DNA from: Octopus bimaculoides
Lineage: Eukaryota
NCBI RefSeq assembly: GCF_001194135.2
Contig: NC_068981.1
Location: 120,656,117-120,720,116 of the forward strand
Length of the DNA: 64,000 bases
Direction of reading: 5' to 3'
This document shows positions 53,398-64,000 of the stretch, piece after piece. The position numbers were made by a program, and so were the translations under genes. The notes under the pieces are model-generated. The model saw only the letters and a list, made by a program, of their open reading frames with translations. It was not told the DNA's origin and did no database searches. Every line of letters starts with the position of its first letter. Positions within the stretch are counted from its first letter, which is position 1.

Positions 53398-53627
53398 TTA
53401 ACCCTTTTGATACTAACCCGCCTGAAACTGTCTTTGGCTCTGTAGCACAAATGTCTCGTTTTCAAAAGTTCTGAATTAAAATCTTCCACCAAACTTTAGT
53501 CACAATTAATGTTCCTAACACTAGCTTAATGATAACTAAGTTGTTTTACTAAATTCTTTGTTATATTTAAAATTAATTGAAAGAAACACAGAGCATCTCA
53601 GCAGAAATATGGTAACAAAAGGGTTAA
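53398..53627. mobile_element. piggyBac-like TTAA MITE, same family as 4351-4533 in the opposite orientation; a related copy abuts it at about 53190-53401
   Basis: TTAA-CCCTTTTGATAC ... GTAACAAAAGGG-TTAA; internal similarity to 4351-4533. Confidence 0.8.
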
Positions 53628-53639
53628 ACAGGTTAGTAA

Positions 53640-54810
53640 AACTGGTTCTTTAGGAATTACAAGCTCTTCTGTCGATTTTTTTTAACACTACCAGATCTTT
53701 TCTTGTATTACTATAACCTTTGGCTAGTATTGTTCAAGTTGTGATATGGCATATAGACAGCTGGTCCAATATTTGGGTTTGATACATAGATCCAGCTACT
53801 CTAGATGTTTTATATCCTTTGCTACAACAATTCACTGTATCAGCTTATAATATATATTCTTCTAAAATTGTTTCTGTTTGATTCCATTACCAGTATCCCA
53901 AATTGACTTCTGGAATGGTGTGTGAAAGCTTGGGAAAAAGAAATTAAATGTTGAAATTTAATGTGGGGGGAAGTGTTGAAGCTGGCAGCAGATTCAGTGT
54001 CTCCTTGTTATAAATTACTTGTTACATCAAAGATTTATTTTGAATCTTTACTTTGTGCTATAATCTTTTATGCTATATTATTTTTGTTGTTATTTTTCAT
54101 CAGCTTCATCGTCATTGTTGTCATCATCATCATCATTCAATAATGGAACTAACTTCAAAGAACTGTTAGATATTTTAAGGACTTTAAAGAGGACATCTTG
54201 ATTTATGCAATAGATCGTAGTTTTCAGATCTATGAATAATATACTTGTGGTTTGGATGATTACATTTAAGGGAAAGAGGATAACGATGATGCTTTTTATT
54301 GCAACCAAAAAAAAATAAAATAAAAAAGAGAAGAAAATAAAAAAGAGAAAGAAAAAAGGGGGAAAAAAAAAGAAGCTGACTGTTCCTTTATTGTAACTGA
54401 TTCCAATACCTGAAGGATAATGATAGGAAGTGACTTTGTTTCCATATAACTGAAACTGAATGAAGCTATAACGGATGTTAACACTATTAATATTTGCCTT
54501 TATTCTTGAATAACTTTGACATTTGCATTTGGTTCCATTACTGTAGCAATTTATGTCTTCCATTTTCTTTTTCTTTTCTATTTTCAATTCATTGTAAGAA
54601 AAAAAGAAAAGAAAGAAAATGAAGAAAAAGCAGGATTCTTCAAACAATTCAAAAGACTATTATTAAATGAGATGGGTATCAAATCTCAATTCTGGTGTCT
54701 TCTGCATATTCTGGTGGAATAAACTTATTTATATCTTGGAAAGTTTTGATGACATTTAATGCAAGATCGGTAAGGAATCAATGGCCTGCCCTCGCAGGAC
54801 AAAAGATCCT
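53640..54810 (-). mobile_element. Very old CR1/L2-like LINE remnant
   Basis: Degenerate YAEDTRI (YADDTK), KCKCQSY...YGNKV...GIGI and RKDLVVLKKIDRRA in the expected order. Confidence 0.4.
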
Positions 54811-55361
54811 AATTAATATGTGAATAGGTATGTGGACCCTCTACAGCAAGAAACCCATTCTACACTGGATCTTTCTCTCATATTTCTAGTTAAAACCTGT
54901 GTATTTTGATATCTTAGTCTTGCAGGCAGCATGACAACTGCCCCTATGGTAGCGCAACCCTGTACACACTGTAAAGTGGTTGGCATTGAAAGCACATCCA
55001 GCCATAAAAACCATGTCAAAGAAAACTGTGGAGTATGATGCAGTCCTTGGACCCACTGGATCCAGGCCTTGCTAGCATAGAACACAGTGGAGGTGTGTAG
55101 CTTAGTGGTTAGGGTGTTGGACTCATGACTGTAGGATTGTAGTTTCAATTCCTGAACTGGGTGAAGTGTTGTGTTCTTTATCAAAACACTTCATTTCATG
55201 TTGCTCTGGTCCACTCAGCTTGCCAAAATGAGTAATCCTGCAATTCACTGGCGTCCCATCAAGGTGGAGAATATGTATACCACGAAACTGAGAAATCAGC
55301 TTTTATGAGTTAGTATAACTCAAGAAGGTACCTTTACCTACCATGGAACATAGCTGGTAAA

Positions 55362-55402
<41 letters not shown>

Positions 55403-58400
55403 TACAATGATAATAATAATAGTTACAGTTTCTAATAGTAATAATAATGATTTCAAATTTTGGCTCAAGACCAGCAATTTTGGGGAAGGTGTGTAAGTCA
55501 GTTACATTGCCTCCATTATTCAACTGGTACTTAGTTTATTGATACTGAAAGGGTAAAAGGCAAAGTTGATTTTGGCCGAATTTGAACCCAGTATGTAAAG
55601 ACAGATGAAATGCTGTGAAGCGTTTTGCCTGGCATGCTAATGATTCTGCCAGCTTGCCATGGTGATGATAATGATGATCCTCCTCCTCCTCCTCCTCCTC
55701 CTCCTCTCTACTATAGGCACGAAGCCTGAAATTTTGGGGAAGCAAGTAAGTCAGTTATTGTTGACCCCCAAAACTCAGCTGATTTTTATTTCTTCGACTC
55801 TGAAAGGACGAAAAGCAAAGTCAACCTCAGTGGAATTTGAACTCAGAATGTAAAGACCAGTGAAATACCAATAAGCATTTTGTTCAGCATAGGAATGATT
55901 CTACCAGCTCACCACCTTAATAATAATAATAACAATATGTTAGAATATTACATTGCTTCTGATAATTCTGTGTCTTTACTACAAGATTTACTTCTAGAAT
56001 AGAGATAAAGGATTCATTTATGTTGATACTTGAAGTAATTTTCTCTTTTCTTCTTTCAAAAATTCAGAATTTTATCAAGCATAACAGCTTTACTTTTTTC
56101 CTTTTATTTTTAAAATCTTTGTTTTGTCTTTTCTTATCTTTCCTCCTTAAATGATCATCAAAATGTATTGACATTTATTTTTTTCAACAATATTCTTTTG
56201 GTTTTGATTAGCAATTTAATCACTCTTTAATCACTCTTCCTCTGATTAAGTTGTTTGATTACACAATTTTTTTTTCCATCAATGCCTTTCATCCTCTTCC
56301 TATTCCCACTCCTTCTTCGCATTTCTCCTGAGGATCTGTTGATTTGATATTTGCTGCAACAGTTTGCGGGCTTGTGGCTGGATTGAACAAAATTACATTC
56401 AAGTTGAACTGTGCCTGTATAATAAACCAGTATTTTTATACTAATAATAATCAAGCAAGAAGAAAGTTGAACTCAAGTTTCTCTTGAATAACAAGCCTTT
56501 ATTAGATTAATTATCTGTCTGCAAAAAGATATGCTTAAAACCCATTTGATGTGTGGAATTTGGTTAAACTTCATGGCTGTGTGATTAAGAAGCTTTCTCT
56601 GCAATCACTTGTTTTAAGGTTCAGTGCCACCTTACAGCACCTTGGACAAATGCCTTCTACTATAGCTCCGGGTTGACAAATGCCTTGTTAGTGAATTTGG
56701 TAGATTGAAACTGTGTGGAAGCATGCATGCTTGGCGATACTTTACCATCATTCTGATCCCTGTACCTTGAGGGTTATATCCTGGCATGTCACTACTATTT
56801 CTCTCTCACTCTCTCTCTCTCTCTCTCTCTCTTGCTCCATGTATCTCCTCTACTGTAAGTAACAATGTATCTCCTCTACAGCAAGGACACCTGTTTTTAT
56901 CCCTCTGTCACACTATAACCTCTCATCACTTGATACAAGGCCACTTTCTTCAATACCCACCTTCTCAAAGGTCTTGCAAGTTACTTTGTGATCCCACCAG
57001 TGTGGGTGCCATTATAAAAAGCACCCAGTACACTCTGTTGAGTAGTTGGTGTTAGTAAGAGCTTCCAGCCATAAAAAAAAACACCATGCCAAAACAGACA
57101 ATGAAACCTGGTCCAGTCTTCTGGCTAGCCAGCTCCTGTCAAATTGTCCAACCCATGCCAGCATGAAAAATAGACATTAAATGATGATGATGGTATGTGT
57201 GTGTGTGTGTGTGTATATTTGTTGCCCATGACTGCAACTGGTGTTTGTTTGTGTTTCCATAAATTAGTAGTTCAGACAAAGAGGCTGATATAATATGTAC
57301 CAGATTAAAAACCAAAAAAAAAAATAAATAATATTAAAAAAAAAAAAATTCTATTTCTGGGGTTGATTTGTTTGACTAAACCCTTCAAGATGGTTCCTTA
57401 GCAAGGTTGTAGTTCAGTGACTGAAACGAGTAATATCAAAATTAGAGATTGAATCAGTGAGTCAATATGGAACTGAATACACATCTGATTGGACTATTGA
57501 CAGATTGTGTCCTGTTACTGGCAATGTCTTGTATCTATGGCCAAGAAATGTCTTATTGTTGTTATTGTTTATCCCAAGTTCAACCTTGATCATGTAGTTC
57601 TCTAATCAAAGTTATTCCAGCTGTGGCTATCTCACCAGAGGGATATGTCGAACTACACTATCTAATGTGTCTTCTTTTCATTTTTAAAAGGTAGGAGTGT
57701 GATTTATGAGAGATTCAAGTACTATTTCAAGCAGGTCAAATGACCTTGTAAATGTTCCCTTTAAGTGATGTGGTGGTTGTTGTCTAGCTTCAAGTCATTC
57801 TTGATCTAGGACTGCAGCTGTGACTATCTCACTTTTTTTTTTATTCAAATATAACATCCCTAGAATGACATTATTCAATATATCCTTAATTTTTTACAAT
57901 GACTGAGTGTGAGTCAGTAATGATTTAGCTGCTATATCTAGCAAGCTTAATGAGCATTATAGGCTATGTTGTTAGCCTGTAATGCTCATTAAGGTGTGTT
58001 GTCACTAATTACTGTAAATGGCAGTGGTAGTACTGAGGAATTGATGAATGATTTTTTTGGCTTTTATTGCCAAGTTCATCATCATCATCATCATCCTTTA
58101 ATGTCTATTTTCCATGCTGGTATGGGTTGGATGGTTTGACCAGAGCTGGCAAGCTGGAGACCTGCACCAAGTTCTAATCTGATTTGGCTTGGTTTCTACT
58201 GCTGGGTGCCCTTCCTTATGCCAACCACTTTACAGTGTGTTGGGTGCTTTTAATGTGACACCACACAAATACTTGTATGTGGCATTGGCATGAGTGCGTT
58301 TTATGTGACACCAGCACAGGGCTCTTGTAGGTCAATTTTCTTCACCAGGGAGGCCACTCCTCTTCACCAGTGGAGGACAGGTCTTCTTGAGTACAATTCC

Positions 58401-59536
58401 AAGCTATAATTTATCAGACCTCTATTCAGAAACAAATATGTCTTTCTTCTTAATACCATGAAGCTGGAGATAGGTAACAGCTCTATAGATTCTTGTGATT
58501 TGGAAATGGATTAGCTTAGAAATGTATTATCTTGAAAATGTAGCCAAGTATAATGCTGTTCTAGGCACAAGGAACCAGGTACAACCACCTTTTTGTATGG
58601 AGTGAGCATTTAGTAAATTAAATAAATTCTGGTGTGTTTGGTTCTATTGAACTTGGGAAAGAACTAGAGACAATTGTTGCATAAACTAGTTCTGCTTTTA
58701 TAGAATTAGAGCTGTTTCAAATAAACCTTTGTAGCAAATATTGCTTGGAGACCAAGTCTTGTCACTAGCTGAACATTTTGTTATGATCAGCATGGTTAGA
58801 TATGCCAATGGAAGAAGAAAGAGAGGACAGGATGAAGAGAGGGGAAAAGATTTGAAAGGGGAAATATTGCATGAAAGAGAAGTGGAAAGATAGAAAGAAA
58901 GAAGGAAGAAAAGGCAAAGGCATGGCTGTGTGGTTAAGTAGCTTGCTTTGCAACCACATGGTTTTGGGTTCAGTTCCACTGTGTGGCACCTTGCTTTGGG
59001 AGTGGATTTGGTAGACGGAAACCGTGTGGAAGCCCATCATATATATTCATATATATGTGTGTTTGTGTCCCCCCCCCCATTGTTTGACAACTAGTGTTAG
59101 TTTGTTTACATCCTTGTAACTTATTTGTTTGGTGTAGAAACTAATAGAATTAGTAACAAACTTAAAAAAAAAGATAAGTATTTGGGTTGATTTGTTTCAG
59201 TAAAATCCATCAACGTGTTACCCTAGCATGACTGGTCGAGTGATAGAAACAAGTAAAATAAAGGGGAAGAGAAGTGAAGAGAAGAAGAATAGAGAGAAGA
59301 GAAAGAAAAGAATAAAGACTAATCAGCAGTGTGGAGAAAATGAAAGACGAAACCACCTCTATAGCTTCTGTGTGGTCATGTGACCTTTTAGAATTATCAG
59401 TCAAATAAAACATGTTATTCTTCCAAAAGGTCACATTTGTTAATGTAATCCCTAGACTTGCAATGACTGGATAAGAGTCAAGATGGTCATATAGAATACC
59501 TTTGGTGATAGATTTACTAGTTTAAAGTTGACCTGG

Positions 59537-59740
59537 GGTCATGTATGGAAAAATGGAGACCACCTCCCCCTGTGGGATGAAGTTAAAATAATAGACAGAG
59601 AACACCACTGGAAAATACGAAAACTAAAAGAAGCAGCACATATGTTAGGCCACAACAACCTCCTAAACAGACAGAGTGCAGATATGAATAGCATATGGGA
59701 ACCGGTATTAAGGAAGGATAGGAAAATATTAGATTTATAA
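59537..59740 (+). mobile_element. 3' end of a Penelope-like element ORF (GIY-YIG C-terminal half), 5' truncated
   Basis: HVWKNGDHLPLWDEVKIIDREHHWKIRKLKEAAH...LLNR...MNSIWEPVL, open to TAA at 59740. Confidence 0.8.
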
Positions 59741-59770
59741 GCCGTAAAAATTCACTCCTTAATTGCCCAC

Positions 59771-59836
59771 GGGCATATGGTGTAGTGGTTAAGAGCGCCG
59801 GCTACTAACCTCAAGATTCCGAGTTCGATTCCAGGC
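59771..59836 (+). ncRNA. tRNA-derived Pol III promoter head, most similar to tRNA-Arg(ACG); not a functional tRNA
   Basis: A box TGGTGTAGTGG, B box GAGTTCGATTCC, GGGC...CTAC...AAGATTCC..GTTCGA.TCC.GGC skeleton; 3' acceptor strand missing. Confidence 0.7.
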
Positions 59837-59870
59837 AAGGTATGAGAACCCAGGTTTGAAATTTCTCCAA

Positions 59871-59916
59871 GACACCTGATGAAGGTTGGAGGGTATATCA
59901 GCCGAAATGTTGTGTT
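59871..59916 (+). ncRNA. Minimal type I hammerhead ribozyme motif (PLE type)
   Basis: GACAC-CUGAUGA-A-GGUUG(GAGGGUAUAU)CAGCC-GAAA-UGUU/GUGUU: 5-bp stem I, 5-bp stem II, helix III reduced to A(C>U)GU. Confidence 0.75.
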
Positions 59917-60252
59917 AACAACAAACAAGATGAGGACAAATATCTGTCAAATGTAAATAATGTACATAATTCCTCATCTCTTAAATATAGAGCTGTTTTA
60001 TCCTCTTCCTTTTTTGAAGTTGTTGGCCTTGTGCCTAACATAATAATAGTAATAATAATAATAATGTTCTGACTTCAAATTCTGCCAAGGTCTACTTTAC
60101 TTTTCATCCTTTCAGGTTTGATATATTAAGTACCAGTTGAGTACTGAGTTGATGTAATTGACTAGTCTCCTCCTTCAAAATTTCATGTCTTGTGCCTATA
60201 GCGGAAAGGATTATTATCATTATTATTATTATTATTATCATTATTATTATTA

Positions 60253-60490
60253 TGTGAGAGAGCAGTGCATGCCATCAAAGTGACACTGGGATAACATATA
60301 TGAAGCCCAGTAAGCCCATCATGACTACCCGTCTGATAAGGGTACACCAGGCACATGCATCACAACCATATGTGTATGTCATGGTGATCTCATATCAAGA
60401 TAAACAGCGCATGACCTTACAGGTGGGGCCCAGTTAGAATTTTCTTCAGGTCAAGTAGCCCATCCGGCTCAAATGGTCCTTGAATATAAG
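60253..60490 (-). mobile_element. Non-coding element 'X', copy 2 (3' part), joined directly to the Dong-like zinc-finger region
   Basis: Same sequence as about 12347-12585 (gtgagagagcagtgcatgccatcaaagtgacactggg...aaggtccttgaata); ends in a (TAA)n array. Confidence 0.7.
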
Positions 60491-62265
60491 ATACACACAC
60501 ACTTTATTGTGGCAGTGTCTGTATTCTTTTTGCGCAAGGCTTTCACACCCACTCACCAAGTGGGTCACATTTCCCCCACTCTTTCCACAGAGTCTGCATT
60601 TCTGAGTGTCTGAGGTTTTATAGATGTTATACTTCACTGAATTGGTAGTGAGAGCCTGGTCTTGTGCAGCAATGATCAGGCTTTCAGTGGTATGCTTCAA
60701 ATCATCTCGTTCAATCCATGCCCACGATGCTGTATTATTTTTAATGTCCTGCGTATTCCTTTCAAAGTGTCCTTGCATTCTTGTTTCAAGAAGGTCTTCT
60801 TTTCTCTTCTCCTCAGCTCTTTGAAATGCCCGTCATTTCATCTACATTTACATCCATATCTTTCACGGCATATTGCAGTCTGTCTTCATCACTATTTATT
60901 AAATACTTGTCAAGCATTCTCCTGTCATTCCTTAGACCCTAACCCTATACCAATTAGTCCTTGGCCACCATTCTTTCTTTTCATACACTGTCTGTTTATG
61001 TTTGCTTTAGGGTGTAGCGCCCAATGCAGCATCATCAACTTTCTCATCCTTCTATCCAGTGTTGATATTTCTTCTTTAGTCCATTTGAGGATGGACGCAC
61101 TATATCTGACCACCTCAACTGCCCAGATATTTATTGCGGTAATCAAATTTTTGGCATTCAGGTTGGATTTCAACACCATCTTCACCTTTTTTTGATATGC
61201 CTTGCTGACCTTGACTTCCATTTCTCTGAATGTCATCCAGCTCCAAATTCCCTAAATATCTATATCCACTACCATCAGGTTCACTCATGGTCTCTCCTGT
61301 TGGTAACTGCAATCCTCTGCAGGCTGCTTTCTTCTCTCTTTTCATATTAAGTACTGAGCATTTGGTGATCCTGAATTCCATACCGATGTCCCTACCACAC
61401 TTCTGGACTCTTTTGGTTAAGGAACCTATTTGTTTTTCAGATTTCCCAAACAATTTCAGGTCATCCATAAACAGAAGATGGTTCAATGATGGGCTTTTCT
61501 TCCCACATCAGTAACCCATCTTAACTTTCCTAAGTGTCATTGTTATGGGTATTAGTGCAATTACAAAAAGTAATGAAGAAAACGAGTCACCTTGGAGGAT
61601 TCCCCTTTTAGTATTAACTTCTCCAAGGAATACATTACTTGAGTACAATTTGGTTTTCCACTCTTTCATGCTATGCATCAGAAAATTTATGATGTTGTCA
61701 GCAACTCCAAACATCTGCAGGCATTCAACAATCCAAGAATGAGGCATCACATCATATGCCTTCTTAAAGTCAATCCAAGCCATAGACATGTTTGTATGTT
61801 TTTTACAATGCCTCAAAACTTTTTTATCGATGACCAGGTGATCCTTGGTACCCTGAGAACTCTTTATACATCCTTTTTGTTTCCTTGGTAGTATTTTTTC
61901 CTGTGCCACGAAAGTGTATGTCTTTGCTGCACATATTCCAGGGAGTATCTTCCAGATTATGTTTAGGCATGCTATGGGACAGTAGTTTGCTACAATATTC
62001 CCCTTTCTTCTATCTTTCATTACAAGTGTTGTCCTCCCAGTCACCATCCACACAGGGACTGTACCTTTCTGGATACACTCATTCAATTGGGTTGCTAGTC
62101 TTTCATGCACTGCGTGGCATCTCTTCAGTCAAAAGCCATGAATCTCATCTGGTCCGGGGGTTTTCCAATTGGGCACTTTACCTACTTGTTCTTTCACATC
62201 ACCTGTGCTTATGGCAATATTCCCTTTGTTTCTTTTCACCTTGTAATTCTGTCTTGATAGTTCCT
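60490..62265 (-). mobile_element. R4/Dong-clade non-LTR retrotransposon remnant: RT domain through the C-terminal CCHC zinc finger; frameshifted, 5' and 3' truncated, restriction-like endonuclease part missing
   Basis: Translated motifs NWKTPGPDEIHGF, AWIDFKKAYDVMPHSW, RGILQGDSFSSLLF, HLLFMDDLKL, YRYLG, AAQDQAL, CRLCGKSGGNVTHLVSGC...HNKV; (TTA)n at 62304-62315 and 60213-60252. Confidence 0.9.
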
Positions 62266-62643
62266 ATCCATATTGCATCCCTTTTATACACCACATTCTT
62301 CTTCTTATTATTATTATGTCTTTAACTGTTTCATGCATATTTCTGCTACGCTACAAGGCATGTTTCAATCTTTCTGTGATGCACGCACAGTTGTCTTTTG
62401 GGAGTGTAGAGATAATATTGCATCAATTCCATTCTATCATGTGGTTTGTTTCAGAAGTTGCTTTAGTGTTTTGTCTGTTTAATTGTGAATAGTTTAAGCA
62501 ATGTGAGTTGTATAATTTTGTTGGGTGGTGTTTGTTTCATATGTTATCTGTACTGTTTTATTTTTTTTTATCTATTGTATTATTGGGTGTTGGTATGTAG
62601 TGTGAAGATTGTGTAATATTATTTGGTGAATGTGAGTTGTGTG

Positions 62644-62873
62644 TTAACCATTTTGTTACCATATTTTTGCCGAAATACGCTATCTTTGTTTCAATTAATT
62701 TTGAAAATAATGAAAAATTTATTGAAATAACTTTGTCGGTATTAAACTGGTGTTTGGAACATAAATTAACATGAAATTTTTATGGGTGATTTTAATTTAG
62801 ATCAATTTAAAATAAGGAATTTATATCACAAATTTAGGGGCTGTCTCAGGTGGGTTGGTATCAAAAGAGTTAA
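62644..62873. mobile_element. TTAA MITE, related family (another copy at about 6137-6710 is split by a SINE)
   Basis: TTAACCATTTTGTTACC ... GGTATCAAAAGAGTTAA; shared core ctggtgtttggaacataaattaa. Confidence 0.7.
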
Positions 62874-63462
62874 ATTATTGTGTTGAGTATGCACTATTGA
62901 TTGTGTATGGAATGGTTTTTGGTATCAGGTTTGTTAGCAGATATAAGATGATGATAATGTTGTACTGGAATATTTATTGGATGGTAATTGTGCAGAGTAT
63001 ATGCTGACAGGGTGTGTGGTAATGAAATAAAAGAGTCTTGCATAAGACATAGGCATATGTCAAGCAAGGCTTTGTTTTGGGTTATGTGTAGAGTTGCAAT
63101 CCCTGGTATAGTTTTAATAGTAGTAATGTTTTTTTTACTTTTATATATTCCTTATCTTGCTTAATTCCATTTTAAACTTTTTATACATTAATGGTTTATT
63201 AAATTGTTTCTAGGTGACAATAACATGCAATTTCAGTACCAGTCAATTTACTGGGGTTGATGGTATTGACAAAACCCCTCCCCTCAAAATTGCTGGCCTT
63301 GTGCCTTATTAGAAACAACTACTATTTTATGCAGAGCTTTTCAAAGAACAACTTTATTAAATTAAAATTCTTTTTACTGTTGTTTTTATAGCTATTTTCA
63401 ATTTCAACAAACTCAATTAATTAACTCTATAATTGCTTCAATTTTTTCTTCTTTTTCTCCAG

Positions 63463-63569
63463 AACAATGATGATATTCTAACTGCTCTTCTTTCTATGGG
63501 CTTTGAGCTCGAAGACAGCCAGGCTGCTGTCCAATCTGGGAAATTAACTGTAGAATCTGCTGTAGAATG
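63463..63569 (+). CDS. Internal coding exon encoding a UBA domain (NNDDILTALLSMGFELEDSQAAVQSGKLTVESAVE-W); gene continues beyond the window
   Basis: Strong acceptor (ttttttcttctttttctccAG at 63461-62), consensus donor (TG/GTAAGT at 63570), open phase-0 frame, UBA signature L-x-x-MGF...A+...VE-x-A-x-EW. Confidence 0.85.
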
Positions 63570-64000
63570 GTAAGTGAATTAATTTGTTTATGTTTTTATA
63601 TACATATATATCTGCTTGTTTGGATCAATAACTTTCAACTTTTTATTTTTGTCTCTGCTAATTTCATTTCCTTAAAAACTGCCAAGTGAGACTATTGCAG
63701 ATTATTCCTAGATTATTCATCTCAATCATGTTAGTGTGGTTGGTGTTTAGATTCAGGTCAGCACTGATCAAGTCAGCCTGTGATTAACAACATTCCAACT
63801 GTGACCATCCTACTTTTTATTCGAGCATTATATATGAAAAATAACATCATTCAATGCGTGCTTAAGGTGGCGAGCTGGCAGAATCATTATATCATTCATC
63901 TTTATGGTCTGAGTTCAAATTCTGCCTTTCATCTTTTTGGGATCATTAAAATAAGTGCCAATTGGGTAATGAGGTTGATGTAATCGACTTACCCTCCTTT

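Noticed and set aside
59771-59836. Functional tRNA gene (nominal anticodon ACT)
   Set aside because: The anticodon stem is mispaired and the 3' acceptor strand is absent; it is a SINE-type head. No genuine tRNA or rRNA gene was seen in the window.

Overview
AT-rich, microsatellite-dense animal DNA with three assembly gaps; the SINE/MITE repertoire looks like an octopod cephalopod (inference from pattern recognition, not a database result). Most of the window is intergenic/intronic transposon debris: decayed LINEs (R4/Dong-like at 60.5-62.3 kb plus two short 3' copies, RTE at 41.4-43.4, 44.9-45.3 and 27.5-27.8 kb, CR1-like at 48.5-49.6 and 53.6-54.8 kb), Penelope-like GIY-YIG remnants (15.9-16.6 and 59.5-59.7 kb), mariner and hAT transposase remnants, several MITE families and many copies of 3-4 tRNA-derived SINE families. 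The only convincing host coding exon is a UBA-domain exon at 63463-63569 (+); a weak candidate terminal exon lies at 5373-5437. The most interesting signals are: (i) four separate hammerhead-ribozyme motifs, one in a GIY-YIG stop / tRNA-Arg-like Pol III head / hammerhead cassette and one downstream of an RT-less GIY-YIG ORF; (ii) (TAA)n/(ATT)n arrays acting as insertion hubs shared by a Dong-like element, a non-coding partner element and a tandemly stacked SINE; (iii) a 435-bp fold-back palindrome and a phased ETS-site triplet. Nearly all ORF-track entries are microsatellite or gap artefacts.
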